From an uncultured Mycoplasmatota bacterium (lineage in GTDB: Bacteria; Bacillota_I; Bacilli_A; RF39; UBA660): a DNA stretch of 64,000 bases. The translations under genes and the position numbers were made by a program. This document shows positions 43,981 through 54,901 of this stretch, piece by piece. The stretch lies in NCBI GenBank assembly GCA_937944975.1, contig CALEBF010000012.1, forward strand, positions 103,418 through 167,417. Reading direction: 5' to 3'. Positions within the stretch are counted from its first letter, which is position 1; each line of letters opens with the position of its first letter. The notes under the pieces were generated by a model. The model was not told the DNA's origin. It saw nothing but the letters and a program-made list of their open reading frames with translations, and did not search any database.

Positions 43981-46900
43981 CTATTTTATTTCACGATAAA
44001 TTCCATCTATAATAGAATACAAATAACATTTGATCTCTTTGTTCGTAATCTTTTTTAAATACGCCCTGTACCCATTCAATTGGTCATCGTAACTTTTAGA
44101 ATCGATCTTCTTTAATTTATAATCGACGATCAAGAATGTGTGTTCCGTTTCGATCATTAAATCGATCATACCATGCCTGTCCTCATCAGTAAATTCATAT
44201 TCTCGGTAAATCTCAATTGGTTGAATATCTTTTAAGAACGCCACTTGAAAAAATTGCTCTATTAATTTTGTGATCGATGAATCAATGTGATGTTCTTGAT
44301 AAAGTGATTCTCTATTATCCCAATCGATCAATTCTAACAGTCTATGAAATTCCGTTCCTTTTTCCATCATTTCTCTTTCTTTTAAATCCGGTAACGTACT
44401 TTTCTTGGAATATCTTCCTCTTTGGCGTTCTTCTTTTTTTCCTTCGTAGTGAAAGTATGTAAACGGACTTGTAACTTCGCCTTCTCTTTCTATCGTTGGT
44501 ATCTTATCATAATCGTGAGTACAAGCGGTATCATCTAAGCTTACACTGCGACAATAAGGTTTCAATGCATTCTTAATCGATATCAACATATCGAGAAAGC
44601 TTCGATATCGAAGTTTGTTCGTATCTGTCGTATCATCAATTTCTTGCTCGTAATCTTGTAGAGGTGCTACCATGATCATCTTTTCTTTGGCACGTGTCGT
44701 CGCAACATAAAATAGACGAATCTTTTCAGAGATATTTTTCTCATAATATTCTTCTTTTACGAGTGTTTTTAAAATCGTATCTTTGAGTCCTTCCTTCCAT
44801 ACAGGTAGGACAAATCCGTACGTCTGATTTAACGAGTAACGATCTTTAAAGTCTTCCTTAGAAAATGTCTTATATAGACCACTATAATAGCAAAGTGGAA
44901 ACTCCAGTCCTTTCGACTTATGAATCGTCATCAATTGCACTGCATTCTGCGTTTCTTTTCCCATTTGAAACTGAACGTCGATTTTCTCCTCGTATGCGGT
45001 TTTAAAGTAATCTGTAAACTGTGGCAAATCGTATCCAAGTTTCTCTAAAGACTGTGCGAGATTCAGACAATATTCCATCTTCGCATGAGTTAGAGCAACA
45101 TCTGTCTTCGTCATTAACTTTTCATAAAAGTGAAATGTCTCCAAAATTTTTCTTAAGATTTGTTCTAAAGAAAGTGTCGGTAACAACTGATATACTTCTC
45201 GTATGTTAGATAAAGCTTCCACCAATGATTCTCTTTCTTTCCATGCTTGATAGAAAGAGATATTCTTTTCTTTTGCATCTAAAAACAATGAAAAGATTTC
45301 TTCATCTTGGTAGGAAAAGAGAAAACTACGAAGTAATCCCATCACGTGATGACGGAACGTCGTACTGTTGTAATCTTTTTTTTGCATACAAGTTAAAATC
45401 GTAAGGATACTATGCAAGACAAAGATCTCATCAGAAATCACAAATCCATCTTCTTTATGAATATTCATTGGTATTTGTAAATATGTAAATATCTTTTTAT
45501 ATAGTTCGAAATTCGTCTTACGGTCCATTAATATCGTAATATCACGATATTCTAAATCTCTAATTTTTCCCTCTTTCATATCGAACACTGGATAGTGCTC
45601 TTTTATTTTTTTTGCAATGTCAGAAGCGATTAAAAACGCTTCGATCTCTTCTTTTCGATAACTGCGATCGAGATAAGCATAGTCTAAAACTTCCAACTGA
45701 TGATCAACTTCACACGCACCTTTTTCTTCGTATGAAGTGTTTCCGAAGATCATCTCGTGCCCTTCTGTATAGTTGACTCCTCCCAATCTCTCATTCATCC
45801 ACCGTTCGAACAAGAAGTTGATCGAAGATAAGACTTCTCTTCTCGAACGAAAGTTTTTCATAAGATCGATCTTACAACCAACATTAGGATCTTGATAAGA
45901 TTTATACTTTTCCATAAAAAGCGATGGATTGGCATTACGGAAACTATAGATCGATTGTTTCACATCTCCTACCATATAGACATTATTGTTGGCGATGAGA
46001 GAAATAAAGTAATCTCCAATATCGTTCGTATCTTGATATTCGTCGATCATAATTTCCTTGATCTTCGACTGATACTGTTTTCGAATATCCGGATACTTTT
46101 CGAAGAGTATCACTCCAAAACGAGTAATATCGCTAAATTCAAATACTTGATATTTTTTCTTTAGTGCCATGAGTTTTTCTTCAAATCGTTTTAAAATCTT
46201 GATTACAGCTTTCGCACTCTCTTTCGTGCTTCTATATTCATCGATCATAGACTGTGCGCTTTCGTAATCACATAACTCTTTTATCGCTTGATAATATTTC
46301 TTGAGAGGATCGTAATACTTTTTAACTTCTTCCTTTTCTTCATCCTCTACTTTCTTACTCGTCGTCATGCTCGGTAACGACTTTGGTAATAATGCTACGA
46401 TCTCATCGTAAGTATTCACATGTTCTAGAGGTTCTAAAATCGTATACAACTTTTCATACCAGTCTCTTAAAACTTCGTTATGTATGACATCTTCCATCTG
46501 CTCTAAGATTCTAAGCATAGAATCTTTCTCTCTTAGAATTACCTTTGTATAATCATGAATTAGTTTCTCTTCGAAAGAAGGATTATAATGTGTCGACTCA
46601 TAAGTATCTAAAAAGTCATCTTTCTTTTGAATCGTCTCTAATTTACGATACATTGATAGCATCGCCGTCTGCATCTTTTGATCACTTTTCAAAGTAAAAG
46701 TATCCATGAATGCTAGAAAGCATGGATCTTCTTCCTCGAACAATTCTCTAAACACGTCATCCATCAATTCTTTTTTCTTACTTTCGATCATGACGCTATC
46801 GCAAATATTTACATCTTTTTCAAGTCCTAATAGATAGTGATACTTTTTGACGAGGGCTAAACTATAGCTATCAAATGTACAAATATCTGCTGTATCTAGT

Positions 46901-47160
46901 AGATCCAACTGAGAAGCGAGCGCGACATTCCCTGCCTCTACTTCTTTCACGAGTTTTTTTCGTACACGTTCTTTCATCTCGAAAGCTGCTGCATTGGTGA
47001 AGGTTAAAACGACGAGTTCGGAAAGAGAGATTCCCGATTTTAACTTTTCGATAATTCTCTCTGTTAATACAGCAGTTTTACCACTTCCTGCTCCAGCACT
47101 GACGATAATATTATGCCCAGTTTCATAAATTGCCTGTTGTTGTTCTTCTGTAAAGTGCAT
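43981..47160 (-). CDS. addA: ATP-dependent helicase/nuclease subunit A (AddA/RexA), compact form
   Basis: N-terminal UvrD-type helicase (AGAGSGKTAVLTERI, motif II DEYQDTN), C-terminal PD-(D/E)xK nuclease (IDLMIETEHTFLIVDYKLKK). Confidence 0.8.
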   Translation of the reverse strand: MHFTEEQQQAIYETGHNIIVSAGAGSGKTAVLTERIIEKLKSGISLSELVVLTFTNAAAFEMKERVRKKLVKEVEAGNVALASQLDLLDTADICTFDSYSLALVKKYHYLLGLEKDVNICDSVMIESKKKELMDDVFRELFEEEDPCFLAFMDTFTLKSDQKMQTAMLSMYRKLETIQKKDDFLDTYESTHYNPSFEEKLIHDYTKVILREKDSMLRILEQMEDVIHNEVLRDWYEKLYTILEPLEHVNTYDEIVALLPKSLPSMTTSKKVEDEEKEEVKKYYDPLKKYYQAIKELCDYESAQSMIDEYRSTKESAKAVIKILKRFEEKLMALKKKYQVFEFSDITRFGVILFEKYPDIRKQYQSKIKEIMIDEYQDTNDIGDYFISLIANNNVYMVGDVKQSIYSFRNANPSLFMEKYKSYQDPNVGCKIDLMKNFRSRREVLSSINFLFERWMNERLGGVNYTEGHEMIFGNTSYEEKGACEVDHQLEVLDYAYLDRSYRKEEIEAFLIASDIAKKIKEHYPVFDMKEGKIRDLEYRDITILMDRKTNFELYKKIFTYLQIPMNIHKEDGFVISDEIFVLHSILTILTCMQKKDYNSTTFRHHVMGLLRSFLFSYQDEEIFSLFLDAKEKNISFYQAWKERESLVEALSNIREVYQLLPTLSLEQILRKILETFHFYEKLMTKTDVALTHAKMEYCLNLAQSLEKLGYDLPQFTDYFKTAYEEKIDVQFQMGKETQNAVQLMTIHKSKGLEFPLCYYSGLYKTFSKEDFKDRYSLNQTYGFVLPVWKEGLKDTILKTLVKEEYYEKNISEKIRLFYVATTRAKEKMIMVAPLQDYEQEIDDTTDTNKLRYRSFLDMLISIKNALKPYCRSVSLDDTACTHDYDKIPTIEREGEVTSPFTYFHYEGKKEERQRGRYSKKSTLPDLKEREMMEKGTEFHRLLELIDWDNRESLYQEHHIDSSITKLIEQFFQVAFLKDIQPIEIYREYEFTDEDRHGMIDLMIETEHTFLIVDYKLKKIDSKSYDDQLNGYRAYLKKITNKEIKCYLYSIIDGIYREIK

Positions 47161-47161
47161 C

Positions 47162-49552
47162 TTATAAATCGCCTTCTTCCTTCATAAATTCTAAGTTCTT
47201 ATACTCTTTTCGTGCTACAACATCTTCTCTTTGCATGAAACAAATGTTACGATACGGACAAAATCTACAACCCGTAATATCTTGCTCGATTCCAATCTTC
47301 TTCGGATTGATCTTAAAATCAGCTTTCAAAATATGATCGATCGCTTCTTTGATATGACCTTCAACGATCGCAAGTAATCTTTCTAATTCTTGATCATCTA
47401 ATGCTTTGACATAGTGATAATAACTTCCATCTTTTTTTACTTTCATCGATTGAATAAAAGAATTTTCTAAATTCGTATCGATTCTATCTAAAATCTCACG
47501 ATCCTTCGTCGTATATCCATTCCAACGATAAGCACTTTCTTTTCTCTCTTGATAAGTTTTTCCTTTTTCGTAAGGAAGTAAATCTTTCATAATATTCTGC
47601 CAATACATTCCAGCAAACCGAGTATTCGAATTGGTCTTTAAAAGTAAGTAATAATAAATCAATAGTTGCATATTTAATCCGTAAATCACCGGATTGAAAT
47701 TCGTTTCGATCGTACCTGTTTTATAATCGATGATAAGTACGTATTCATAATCTCCGATTGTAAGTGTCATTACTTTATCAATAAATCCCTTTAGCATCAC
47801 CGGGATTTTGTGATCGAAAGCAATTGAAAATTTCTCTTCATAATAAGTTCCTTCAAACTTTGTATTTGCAAGTTGTTTTTTTATGATATCGATCAATGAG
47901 ATGATCTCTTCTTTATATTTTTTCTGATAGAATCGATCTCTTTTTTCAAGTTCTAGCGTCTCATAGTATTCTTTCATGACATCGTCGATCACTTCGTCAT
48001 AAGTTTCTATTTTTTCCTTTAACACTCTACACAAAATGGCGTGTACGATATTTCCAAGTAACGTACTTGTCGTCTCTTCTTTTTTGTCGTAGAGTTTTAA
48101 AACATGATTTAAATAATAACGAAATTGACACTGATAAAACGTTTGAATCGAAGAATAAGATAAAGTTAGTTCCTGTAAATAGCGATGAAGCTTTTCCTCA
48201 CTGATTCCTTGAAATTCATGGTGATACGTTTGATATACGTTCGGAACATGAGAGGAAAGATCCTGAAACTCTTTTGTCTTTTCTTGATATTTTACATATT
48301 GATCCCAAGCACATGCGAGTAAATACTGATTATATAACTCTTTATCATACGTATATGTAATATTCTTTTCTGAAAGAACGTTACGCTCTTTTAAAAGATC
48401 GATCAAAGGACTTTCCGCATACTCTCCACTACGACTCTTTCTAGCATAGGAAAGATATAAATGCTTCGTATGTAAGATTTGTTCTAACAGCACTTCTTTT
48501 TCCCTTTTGTTTTTCTCTTGAGATGTTTCGATTTCGATCATTTCTTTTTCGATATCGGACAAATAATCGTCATCTCTAGCAATACGAGGGGTACACCCTA
48601 AACTCATTCCAAGGGCAAATACGATATCTCCCTCTTTCGCCTCTTCTAAGGAAGATATTTCACTGACACAATTTTGATATCGTGGCTTAGCATAATACTT
48701 CGTATGACATAAATATAAAATAGCATCATAACGATCTTGAGGATCCAACGATAACGTTTCTTTTTCAATTTGCACAAGTTGTTCAAAAAGTTCATCTTCA
48801 ATTGCCGATGTTACAGATAACTCGTCTAAAGCATGATCGTTTGTATGTCTCAGTTCCAAATATTTTTGCACGATCGGATAAGTGTCCAATGGTTTTCGTT
48901 CGATGAAATCAAGAGGAATTTGAAAGAGGGAAAACAACCGGTGAACGGTCGCGTGATAATCAGAATTTGGCAGCCATAGTTTGATTCGGTTGATATCAGT
49001 TTGTTGTTTTAATAAGTCTAAAATTTGTTCTAACGTAGCAACGACTTCTTCTTCCACAGTATCGTAGCTTCCATAAGAATACGTTCTATTCTCCTCTTCT
49101 ATATCAGGATATATAATTTCGTTATCCTGCTCCAAATCCGCAAAAATTTTCTTTTCTTTTTTTGTTAAATTTGTCTTTAGTACGACGATTTTTTTACGAT
49201 GAAGATATGATGAAAGAAATTGGTCTTGCTCCCATAATCCTGATTCGTGCAATTCCTTTTTCATTTCGACTAACTCATTCAAGGTGGAACTTTCATAATT
49301 TTTATCTTCGATCCATGGTAAGTTGCGTGCGATCAATAAAGCATTAGAAAGAGAAACTTCTTTCTTTTTTTGTATCGCAACTAATGTCTCTATACGATAA
49401 GTTCCATACCATGCGAGGAGGAGTTCTCGCATCGTCAAAAATTTACAACGATATAGTTTTTTCTGCCGTTCTAACGTTTCTAAAATCTTTTGTTTTTGCT
49501 TTCCATCTAAAACGATAATACAAGGTTCCATCCAGTATGCTTCTAACTTCAT
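47162..49552 (-). CDS. addB: ATP-dependent helicase/nuclease subunit B (AddB/RexB), compact form
   Basis: Degenerate helicase-like N-domain, C-terminal RecB-like nuclease with Fe-S cysteines (IIDYKTG...CRFCPYRNIC); immediately upstream of addA. Confidence 0.7.
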   Translation of the reverse strand: MKLEAYWMEPCIIVLDGKQKQKILETLERQKKLYRCKFLTMRELLLAWYGTYRIETLVAIQKKKEVSLSNALLIARNLPWIEDKNYESSTLNELVEMKKELHESGLWEQDQFLSSYLHRKKIVVLKTNLTKKEKKIFADLEQDNEIIYPDIEEENRTYSYGSYDTVEEEVVATLEQILDLLKQQTDINRIKLWLPNSDYHATVHRLFSLFQIPLDFIERKPLDTYPIVQKYLELRHTNDHALDELSVTSAIEDELFEQLVQIEKETLSLDPQDRYDAILYLCHTKYYAKPRYQNCVSEISSLEEAKEGDIVFALGMSLGCTPRIARDDDYLSDIEKEMIEIETSQEKNKREKEVLLEQILHTKHLYLSYARKSRSGEYAESPLIDLLKERNVLSEKNITYTYDKELYNQYLLACAWDQYVKYQEKTKEFQDLSSHVPNVYQTYHHEFQGISEEKLHRYLQELTLSYSSIQTFYQCQFRYYLNHVLKLYDKKEETTSTLLGNIVHAILCRVLKEKIETYDEVIDDVMKEYYETLELEKRDRFYQKKYKEEIISLIDIIKKQLANTKFEGTYYEEKFSIAFDHKIPVMLKGFIDKVMTLTIGDYEYVLIIDYKTGTIETNFNPVIYGLNMQLLIYYYLLLKTNSNTRFAGMYWQNIMKDLLPYEKGKTYQERKESAYRWNGYTTKDREILDRIDTNLENSFIQSMKVKKDGSYYHYVKALDDQELERLLAIVEGHIKEAIDHILKADFKINPKKIGIEQDITGCRFCPYRNICFMQREDVVARKEYKNLEFMKEEGDL

Positions 49553-49601
49553 CTTACCACCTCACTCATTATATCATAAAGAAAAAAAGCTATCTAGCTT
49601 T

Positions 49602-51188
49602 TTAACGTTCATAGATAACTTCTCCATCTTTGATCGTCTTCATTACGACGATATCTTTTAATTTCATTGGATCGATCGCAAGTGGATCTTGATCCAAAAG
49701 CGCGAAGTCCGCTTTCTTTCCTACTTTTAAACTTCCCTTTTCATTCTCTTCGAAATATTCATATGCGGATCCAATCGTCACCGCCTTGAGAGCATCTAAT
49801 ACAGAAATTCTTTCCTCTTCCGCAAGAACTTTACCACTTCTTGAAATACGATTGACTGCACACCAAACAGAATGCATCATATTAAGTTTTGTAACAGGAG
49901 TATCCTGATGGAAATTGATTGGCAATCCTAACTTCAATGCAGAACCTGCTGGGCTGATATGGGTTCCTCTATCAAGTCCGAAGTTCTTAACGTGAACATC
50001 TCCCCAAAAATACGTATGTCCAACGAATATAGATGGAATCATGCCAATTTCTTTCATCAATTCTAACTGATCTTTTCGAACTGTTTGACAGTGAATCATA
50101 ACAGGTCTCAGTGTACGATCATCTTTCTTTTCTAACGCTTTCTGATAACAACGTAAGTACTGATCGGATGCGGCATCTCCATTACAATGTGCGAGCACTT
50201 GACGTTTATTTTTGAGAGCGCTTTCGATACACGCAAGAACATCATCATCCTTCATCCAAGGATATCCTTTATAATCCCCACTATTTTCATAAGGTTGTGT
50301 CATCCATGCTGATTTCCCTTGTGGAGAACCATCTAAAATGAGTTTATATCCCCCTAGCTTTAGATGATGGTGATAAAACTTTGTATAGTCTGTGTTCTCC
50401 CTCATGATGTTTTCTGCTCCAGCACTATAAAGTGGATAAGCGACAACATCGAGATATAAAATGCCACGTTTTCCAGCTTCTTTTAATAATTCAACTGTCT
50501 CTTTGGAGCTGGCTCCATCTTGCACAGTCGTAATTCCATAGCTTGCGTATAACTTTTCTGCTTCCTTTAATAAGCTTAACGTATCTACTTGCATGCGACT
50601 ACCAAACACTTGATAAAGCTGCATCATTGCACCTTCTTCAAAATATCCATTCGGTTCCATCGTACCATCGACTCTACCGAACTTACCTCCTTCAGGGTCT
50701 TTCGTATCTTTGGTAATGTGAGCAAGTTCCAACACTTTGCTAGAGCCACACCCCATATGTCCAGAGACATGAGTGATAAAAATCGGCACTTCTTTGGAAA
50801 CTTGATCTAGAACGTCCTTCGTTGGATGCTTTTCTTCTTTTAATACGTTGTGGTCATAGCCAAATCCAATTAAAATATCATCTTTTCCTAAATGTTTATT
50901 CTCTAAATCTTTTTTTAACGTCGTTACGATATCTTCGAAAGATAGACACTCAGTTAAATCCGTTGCAATCATCATGTTAGCCGTCATCGTAATATGACTG
51001 TGTGGATCGATGAATGCTGGCATCAACGTAAGTCCATCTAAATCTACACATTTCGCTTCCGGATACTCCGCTTTCAACTCTTCGAAAGTTCCGAGCGCAA
51101 CAATACGATCTTCGTCTGTGACGATTGCTTCTACTGTCATCGGTTCTTCCATCGTAATAATATTTCCACCATGATAAAGCTTTTTCAT
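49602..51188 (-). CDS. amidohydrolase-family metal-dependent hydrolase (YtcJ-like)
   Basis: MPAFIDPHSHI metal-binding HxH at barrel start, later HCNGD; ~530 aa. Confidence 0.65.
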   Translation of the reverse strand: MKKLYHGGNIITMEEPMTVEAIVTDEDRIVALGTFEELKAEYPEAKCVDLDGLTLMPAFIDPHSHITMTANMMIATDLTECLSFEDIVTTLKKDLENKHLGKDDILIGFGYDHNVLKEEKHPTKDVLDQVSKEVPIFITHVSGHMGCGSSKVLELAHITKDTKDPEGGKFGRVDGTMEPNGYFEEGAMMQLYQVFGSRMQVDTLSLLKEAEKLYASYGITTVQDGASSKETVELLKEAGKRGILYLDVVAYPLYSAGAENIMRENTDYTKFYHHHLKLGGYKLILDGSPQGKSAWMTQPYENSGDYKGYPWMKDDDVLACIESALKNKRQVLAHCNGDAASDQYLRCYQKALEKKDDRTLRPVMIHCQTVRKDQLELMKEIGMIPSIFVGHTYFWGDVHVKNFGLDRGTHISPAGSALKLGLPINFHQDTPVTKLNMMHSVWCAVNRISRSGKVLAEEERISVLDALKAVTIGSAYEYFEENEKGSLKVGKKADFALLDQDPLAIDPMKLKDIVVMKTIKDGEVIYER

Positions 51189-52564
51189 TCTACTTCCTTC
51201 TTTCTATCGAACCAATGGTAAGTTGGTTTTCCCCAACAACGGAATAACTTCATACAAACGATGTAGACAATTGTAAGGACGAATAACCCTGCAAGTGTCA
51301 ATGGAAATGACACAGTTTTAGACGCACAAGCTAAGATCAAAAGATAGACTGGTGCCGATAGCATCATCGTAATATTCATCATTCCAAGTTCGATTGCCGT
51401 CGTACCAGTAAGTTTTGGATTTACCATACGTACAAGAGCAATTCCAGATGGTACTGTCCCTGTACTTGTCCCATAAAGTCCGAGGGTTCTTTCAAAGTCA
51501 TTTTTACCACCGATACGACTTCCGAAATAAAGACAAATCGCAACTGTTGCAACCGTACCAACAGCAGAGACGACAAGAATTGGTACGATGACTGAACCGA
51601 TCACTCCGATACGTACAGCCATAAAAGAACATGCGACGACAAAGTCCGTTAAAAATCCTGTAATCTTACTTTGCAGTGTATTATCGATCATTCCATCTAA
51701 TTTTAGTTTCTTCATAACTGCCTTTACCAAATAAGCTGCAAGCATTCCGTTCATAAACATCATACCGCTCATACTGCTTCCTAAAAAGCTTGGTAAATAA
51801 GAGAATAATTTAGATATTCCGATCGCTATTAAATAACAAAGTCCCATGATTGCAAAATGAAATGCGAGTGTTTCGATATTTCCACTATGCGTTGTTTCAT
51901 ATCCAATCACTTCATTTTCATTTGGCTCTTTATAATATCCTCGTTCTACAGTAACATCGCTTTTTTGACTCTTGATAATACCACGTTTCATTGCAAGTTT
52001 GACCAAAATAACACCTACGAAGAAAGCCATCAAAAATCCGATCACTGCAAACGATAGTCCGACCATCGCAGCATTTTCAAATCCATACTCTTCAAATAAT
52101 CCTCCGAACGTTGCCGCCTGTCCAGGCCCTTGTGCAAAACCAAATGGAATTAATAAACCGTATATTGGATTCATACCAAAGAAAGATCCGATCAACACGA
52201 CAACGAGAGCTCCGAGAAGCGGTTGTAACGCATACAAAATACACCAGATCGTTCCCATTCCGAGAGAACCTTTCGCAATCTCCTTCGCAGTTTTCCCTTT
52301 TTTCTCCGATTTTTTGCCGACACTCGTAAGTCCGATTGAAATAAACGATAACGTAAATAATTCGTTGACAATCGTCGTAAATGTAGCAGACGACAATCCA
52401 TCAAAAATTTTCAAATTCAAGTTTAATAAGATGAATCCGACGATCCCGGCAAGAACACTTGTTGGAACTAACATCTTTCTAAACAGTGGAACATTGGCAC
52501 GCAACCACATTCCTAGTAATAACATGACACTTGTAAAAGCAAGCGCAATCATCATAGTATTCAT
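51185..52564 (-). CDS. gltS: sodium/glutamate symporter GltS-family transporter
   Basis: Polytopic; conserved segments resemble GltS (GGLFEEYGFENAAMVGLSFAVIGFL vs E. coli SKLFIERYGFTNATEVAMACATFGL). Confidence 0.6.
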   Translation of the reverse strand: MNTMMIALAFTSVMLLLGMWLRANVPLFRKMLVPTSVLAGIVGFILLNLNLKIFDGLSSATFTTIVNELFTLSFISIGLTSVGKKSEKKGKTAKEIAKGSLGMGTIWCILYALQPLLGALVVVLIGSFFGMNPIYGLLIPFGFAQGPGQAATFGGLFEEYGFENAAMVGLSFAVIGFLMAFFVGVILVKLAMKRGIIKSQKSDVTVERGYYKEPNENEVIGYETTHSGNIETLAFHFAIMGLCYLIAIGISKLFSYLPSFLGSSMSGMMFMNGMLAAYLVKAVMKKLKLDGMIDNTLQSKITGFLTDFVVACSFMAVRIGVIGSVIVPILVVSAVGTVATVAICLYFGSRIGGKNDFERTLGLYGTSTGTVPSGIALVRMVNPKLTGTTAIELGMMNITMMLSAPVYLLILACASKTVSFPLTLAGLFVLTIVYIVCMKLFRCWGKPTYHWFDRKKEVE

Positions 52565-52565
52565 T

Positions 52566-53303
52566 TTACTCCTCCTCTATCTTTAGCTTTGAAAAGTAAC
52601 GATCGATATAGTGATCATGTGCTTTCAAATTCAAGTCTAAATCAAATGGTTGAAATACGACATCCGGATACTTCGTATGGATCATCTCCATCGCGAGGTA
52701 TTGTAGTAGTTCTGGGTTTCGTACTAATACAGGTCCAATTAAATAAGTTCCATAAAAATGATTCTTGTGTACCCCTTCTCTTTTACTGTTCGGATACATT
52801 CCAATTCCTCGCTTTACAGAAAATATCGTAGCGTCATTATTTCTCATCACAGTACACTGATTTTGAAATCCGATGACTGGGGTCTTTAAAAAGTCACACG
52901 TGAAATAACATTCATCGATCATGCGCATCGGTTCTTCTTTGATTTCGTAATCAAACGCACCAAGGCACGCTAACTCCGTATCATCTTTTTGAATCCACTT
53001 CTTGCCAAAAAAATTAAGGGCGCTTCCCGTAATCAAGAAAAACGTACCATTTTCGATTGCCGATAAGATATCATCTTTATATTTCATCAAATGAGTTAAG
53101 ACAAACTTTTCATTTTCTTCCGTTCCTGCTCCAATATAGATAAGATCAAACTTGGAAACATCGATCTCATCATCGACGGAAAGAAAATGAATAACGGGGT
53201 CGATCCCTTGTGTTTCTAATTGTCTTTTTAATGCATTTACATTCCCATGTTCACCATACAAATTTAAAATATCATAATATAGATGTGCGATATGAAATTC
53301 CAT
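52566..53303 (-). CDS. gatD: lipid II isoglutaminyl synthase glutaminase subunit GatD (CobB/CobQ-like GATase)
   Basis: Type-1 glutamine amidotransferase fold directly downstream of murT, 1-nt junction. Confidence 0.75.
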   Translation of the reverse strand: MEFHIAHLYYDILNLYGEHGNVNALKRQLETQGIDPVIHFLSVDDEIDVSKFDLIYIGAGTEENEKFVLTHLMKYKDDILSAIENGTFFLITGSALNFFGKKWIQKDDTELACLGAFDYEIKEEPMRMIDECYFTCDFLKTPVIGFQNQCTVMRNNDATIFSVKRGIGMYPNSKREGVHKNHFYGTYLIGPVLVRNPELLQYLAMEMIHTKYPDVVFQPFDLDLNLKAHDHYIDRYFSKLKIEEE

Positions 53304-54637
53304 TATTTCACCTTCTCTTTCATTAGGGCTTGAAACTGATGTTCCATATCAAATGGGAAAACAAGATAAGCATGCCCTATTGTATTTTCTTCGATGATCG
53401 AAAGCATCGGCGTTGAATCTTCAAAATACGATACTTTCTCCATATCGATATTCGCATACTTTAAACGAACTCCAATATCGTAGGCAAAGCTTCCCATGCA
53501 TACGATCTTTTCGATACTCTCATCTTGCAATAGTTCAAAGTTCACATCATACATCCAAGATATATCTTTGATGTTATACATGATGCTGATGGTATTGAAT
53601 CCTAGAAACACAGTCTTCTTTCCTTTTTGATTACATATATAATCGATCGATTGGTTGTAAGAAATCGGCGTATCGTTTTTACTTAACAATAAAGTTGCCT
53701 CCACTTTTCCAATTTGAAATGTATCGAGCCGTTTTGTCTTTAATTTAAGATGATTTAATGCATAGGCAATCTTTTCTCTATCTACCGCTCCTGATACAAG
53801 TGCGGTTACATATCCTGCAGATAAATTGTAAATCTGATATAGCGCATTATTCTCCGTCTGAATGACTTGCCCATCGATCGTAAAAGAACCGTCATCGTTT
53901 AATACGCTCTCATAAACGACATTAGGGCGAGCAAAATCGTGATTTGGGCAACGATACCCTCCGATATTTCCATAGTGAAAATAATCGAAAATTAATTTAT
54001 GATGACAAACAGGACAATAGCTCAAGTCGAGTGCTCCACTCGCTTTATCCTTAGAATACTTCGTTCGTCTGAGTCCGTAATAGGAAACCTTTCCCTGATG
54101 ATCTAAAGCCATACGATAGATGAGTGGGTCGTCGGCATTCAAGATCAAGTGAATAGAATCTGTAATATTTTCGTGAATGTCATTCCATACGATATCAAAA
54201 TGTCCATTTCTCGCCATTTGATCTCGTGAAATATTGTTTACGATAAAATAATCAGGCTGCATATGCTTAAACACTCTCTTCACGTAGCGTTCATCGATTT
54301 CGATAACTAACACGTCTGTCTTCACTTTTCCTGTAACTGTAGCATTTTCCAAAAGTAAGCTAATGACGCCATCTTCCAGATTCGATCCTTTCGAATTGTT
54401 TCCAACTGTATATCCTGCCTGTTCATAGATTTGACAGAGAATGCCAGAAATCGATGTTTTTCCTGTCGTTCCTGTCACACAGATCGTAATATTAGGAAGT
54501 TTAAATTTACTTAAAATGTTGGGACTTAATTTACGAGCAACCGTCCCTGGTAGAGAACTTCCCCTTCCGAATAATTTTAATATTTTTTGCAATATTTTAG
54601 TAAACATAATTACAAGTACTTTCATTCCATCACCCAT
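53303..54637 (-). CDS. murT: lipid II isoglutaminyl synthase MurT (Mur ligase family with C4 zinc ribbon)
   Basis: Mur-ligase P-loop (ITICVTGTTGKTSISG), CPVCHHKL...CPNHDF zinc ribbon, C-terminal DUF1727-like region. Confidence 0.8.
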   Translation of the reverse strand: MGDGMKVLVIMFTKILQKILKLFGRGSSLPGTVARKLSPNILSKFKLPNITICVTGTTGKTSISGILCQIYEQAGYTVGNNSKGSNLEDGVISLLLENATVTGKVKTDVLVIEIDERYVKRVFKHMQPDYFIVNNISRDQMARNGHFDIVWNDIHENITDSIHLILNADDPLIYRMALDHQGKVSYYGLRRTKYSKDKASGALDLSYCPVCHHKLIFDYFHYGNIGGYRCPNHDFARPNVVYESVLNDDGSFTIDGQVIQTENNALYQIYNLSAGYVTALVSGAVDREKIAYALNHLKLKTKRLDTFQIGKVEATLLLSKNDTPISYNQSIDYICNQKGKKTVFLGFNTISIMYNIKDISWMYDVNFELLQDESIEKIVCMGSFAYDIGVRLKYANIDMEKVSYFEDSTPMLSIIEENTIGHAYLVFPFDMEHQFQALMKEKVK

Positions 54638-54685
54638 TTCATACTAACTATAAAATATTATAAAACGAAATCGACTTATTTTTCA

Positions 54686-54716
54686 AATAAAAACGGAGTA
54701 TGAATCTTCATATTCC
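54686..54716 (-). terminator. intrinsic terminator of ABC exporter operon
   Basis: Minus-strand GGAAUAUGAA-ga-UUCAUACUCC hairpin followed by GUUUUUAUUUG. Confidence 0.55.
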
Positions 54717-54901
54717 TTTGATCGTTTTTATCCACAATGCGATGTGCAGATTGTTAGGAAGGCGTATAAACTATTATATTCCTTGATATTTTAAGTACTT
54801 TTACTCTCGACAAGCATCGTTTTTTTCTTCTCTTTACTTTACCATATAAAGTCAATTGCACAACGTCAAGTAAATGTCTATTTAAACAAAAAGAAGTGGG
54901 A

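Noticed and set aside
51972-52586. 204-aa plus-strand ORF antisense to gltS, plus other antisense ORFs (28258..28647, 28789..29082, 40355..40723, 62755..63222, 52111..52329)
   Set aside because: All are embedded antisense within well-supported genes, lack RBS, and have composition typical of AT-rich reverse frames.
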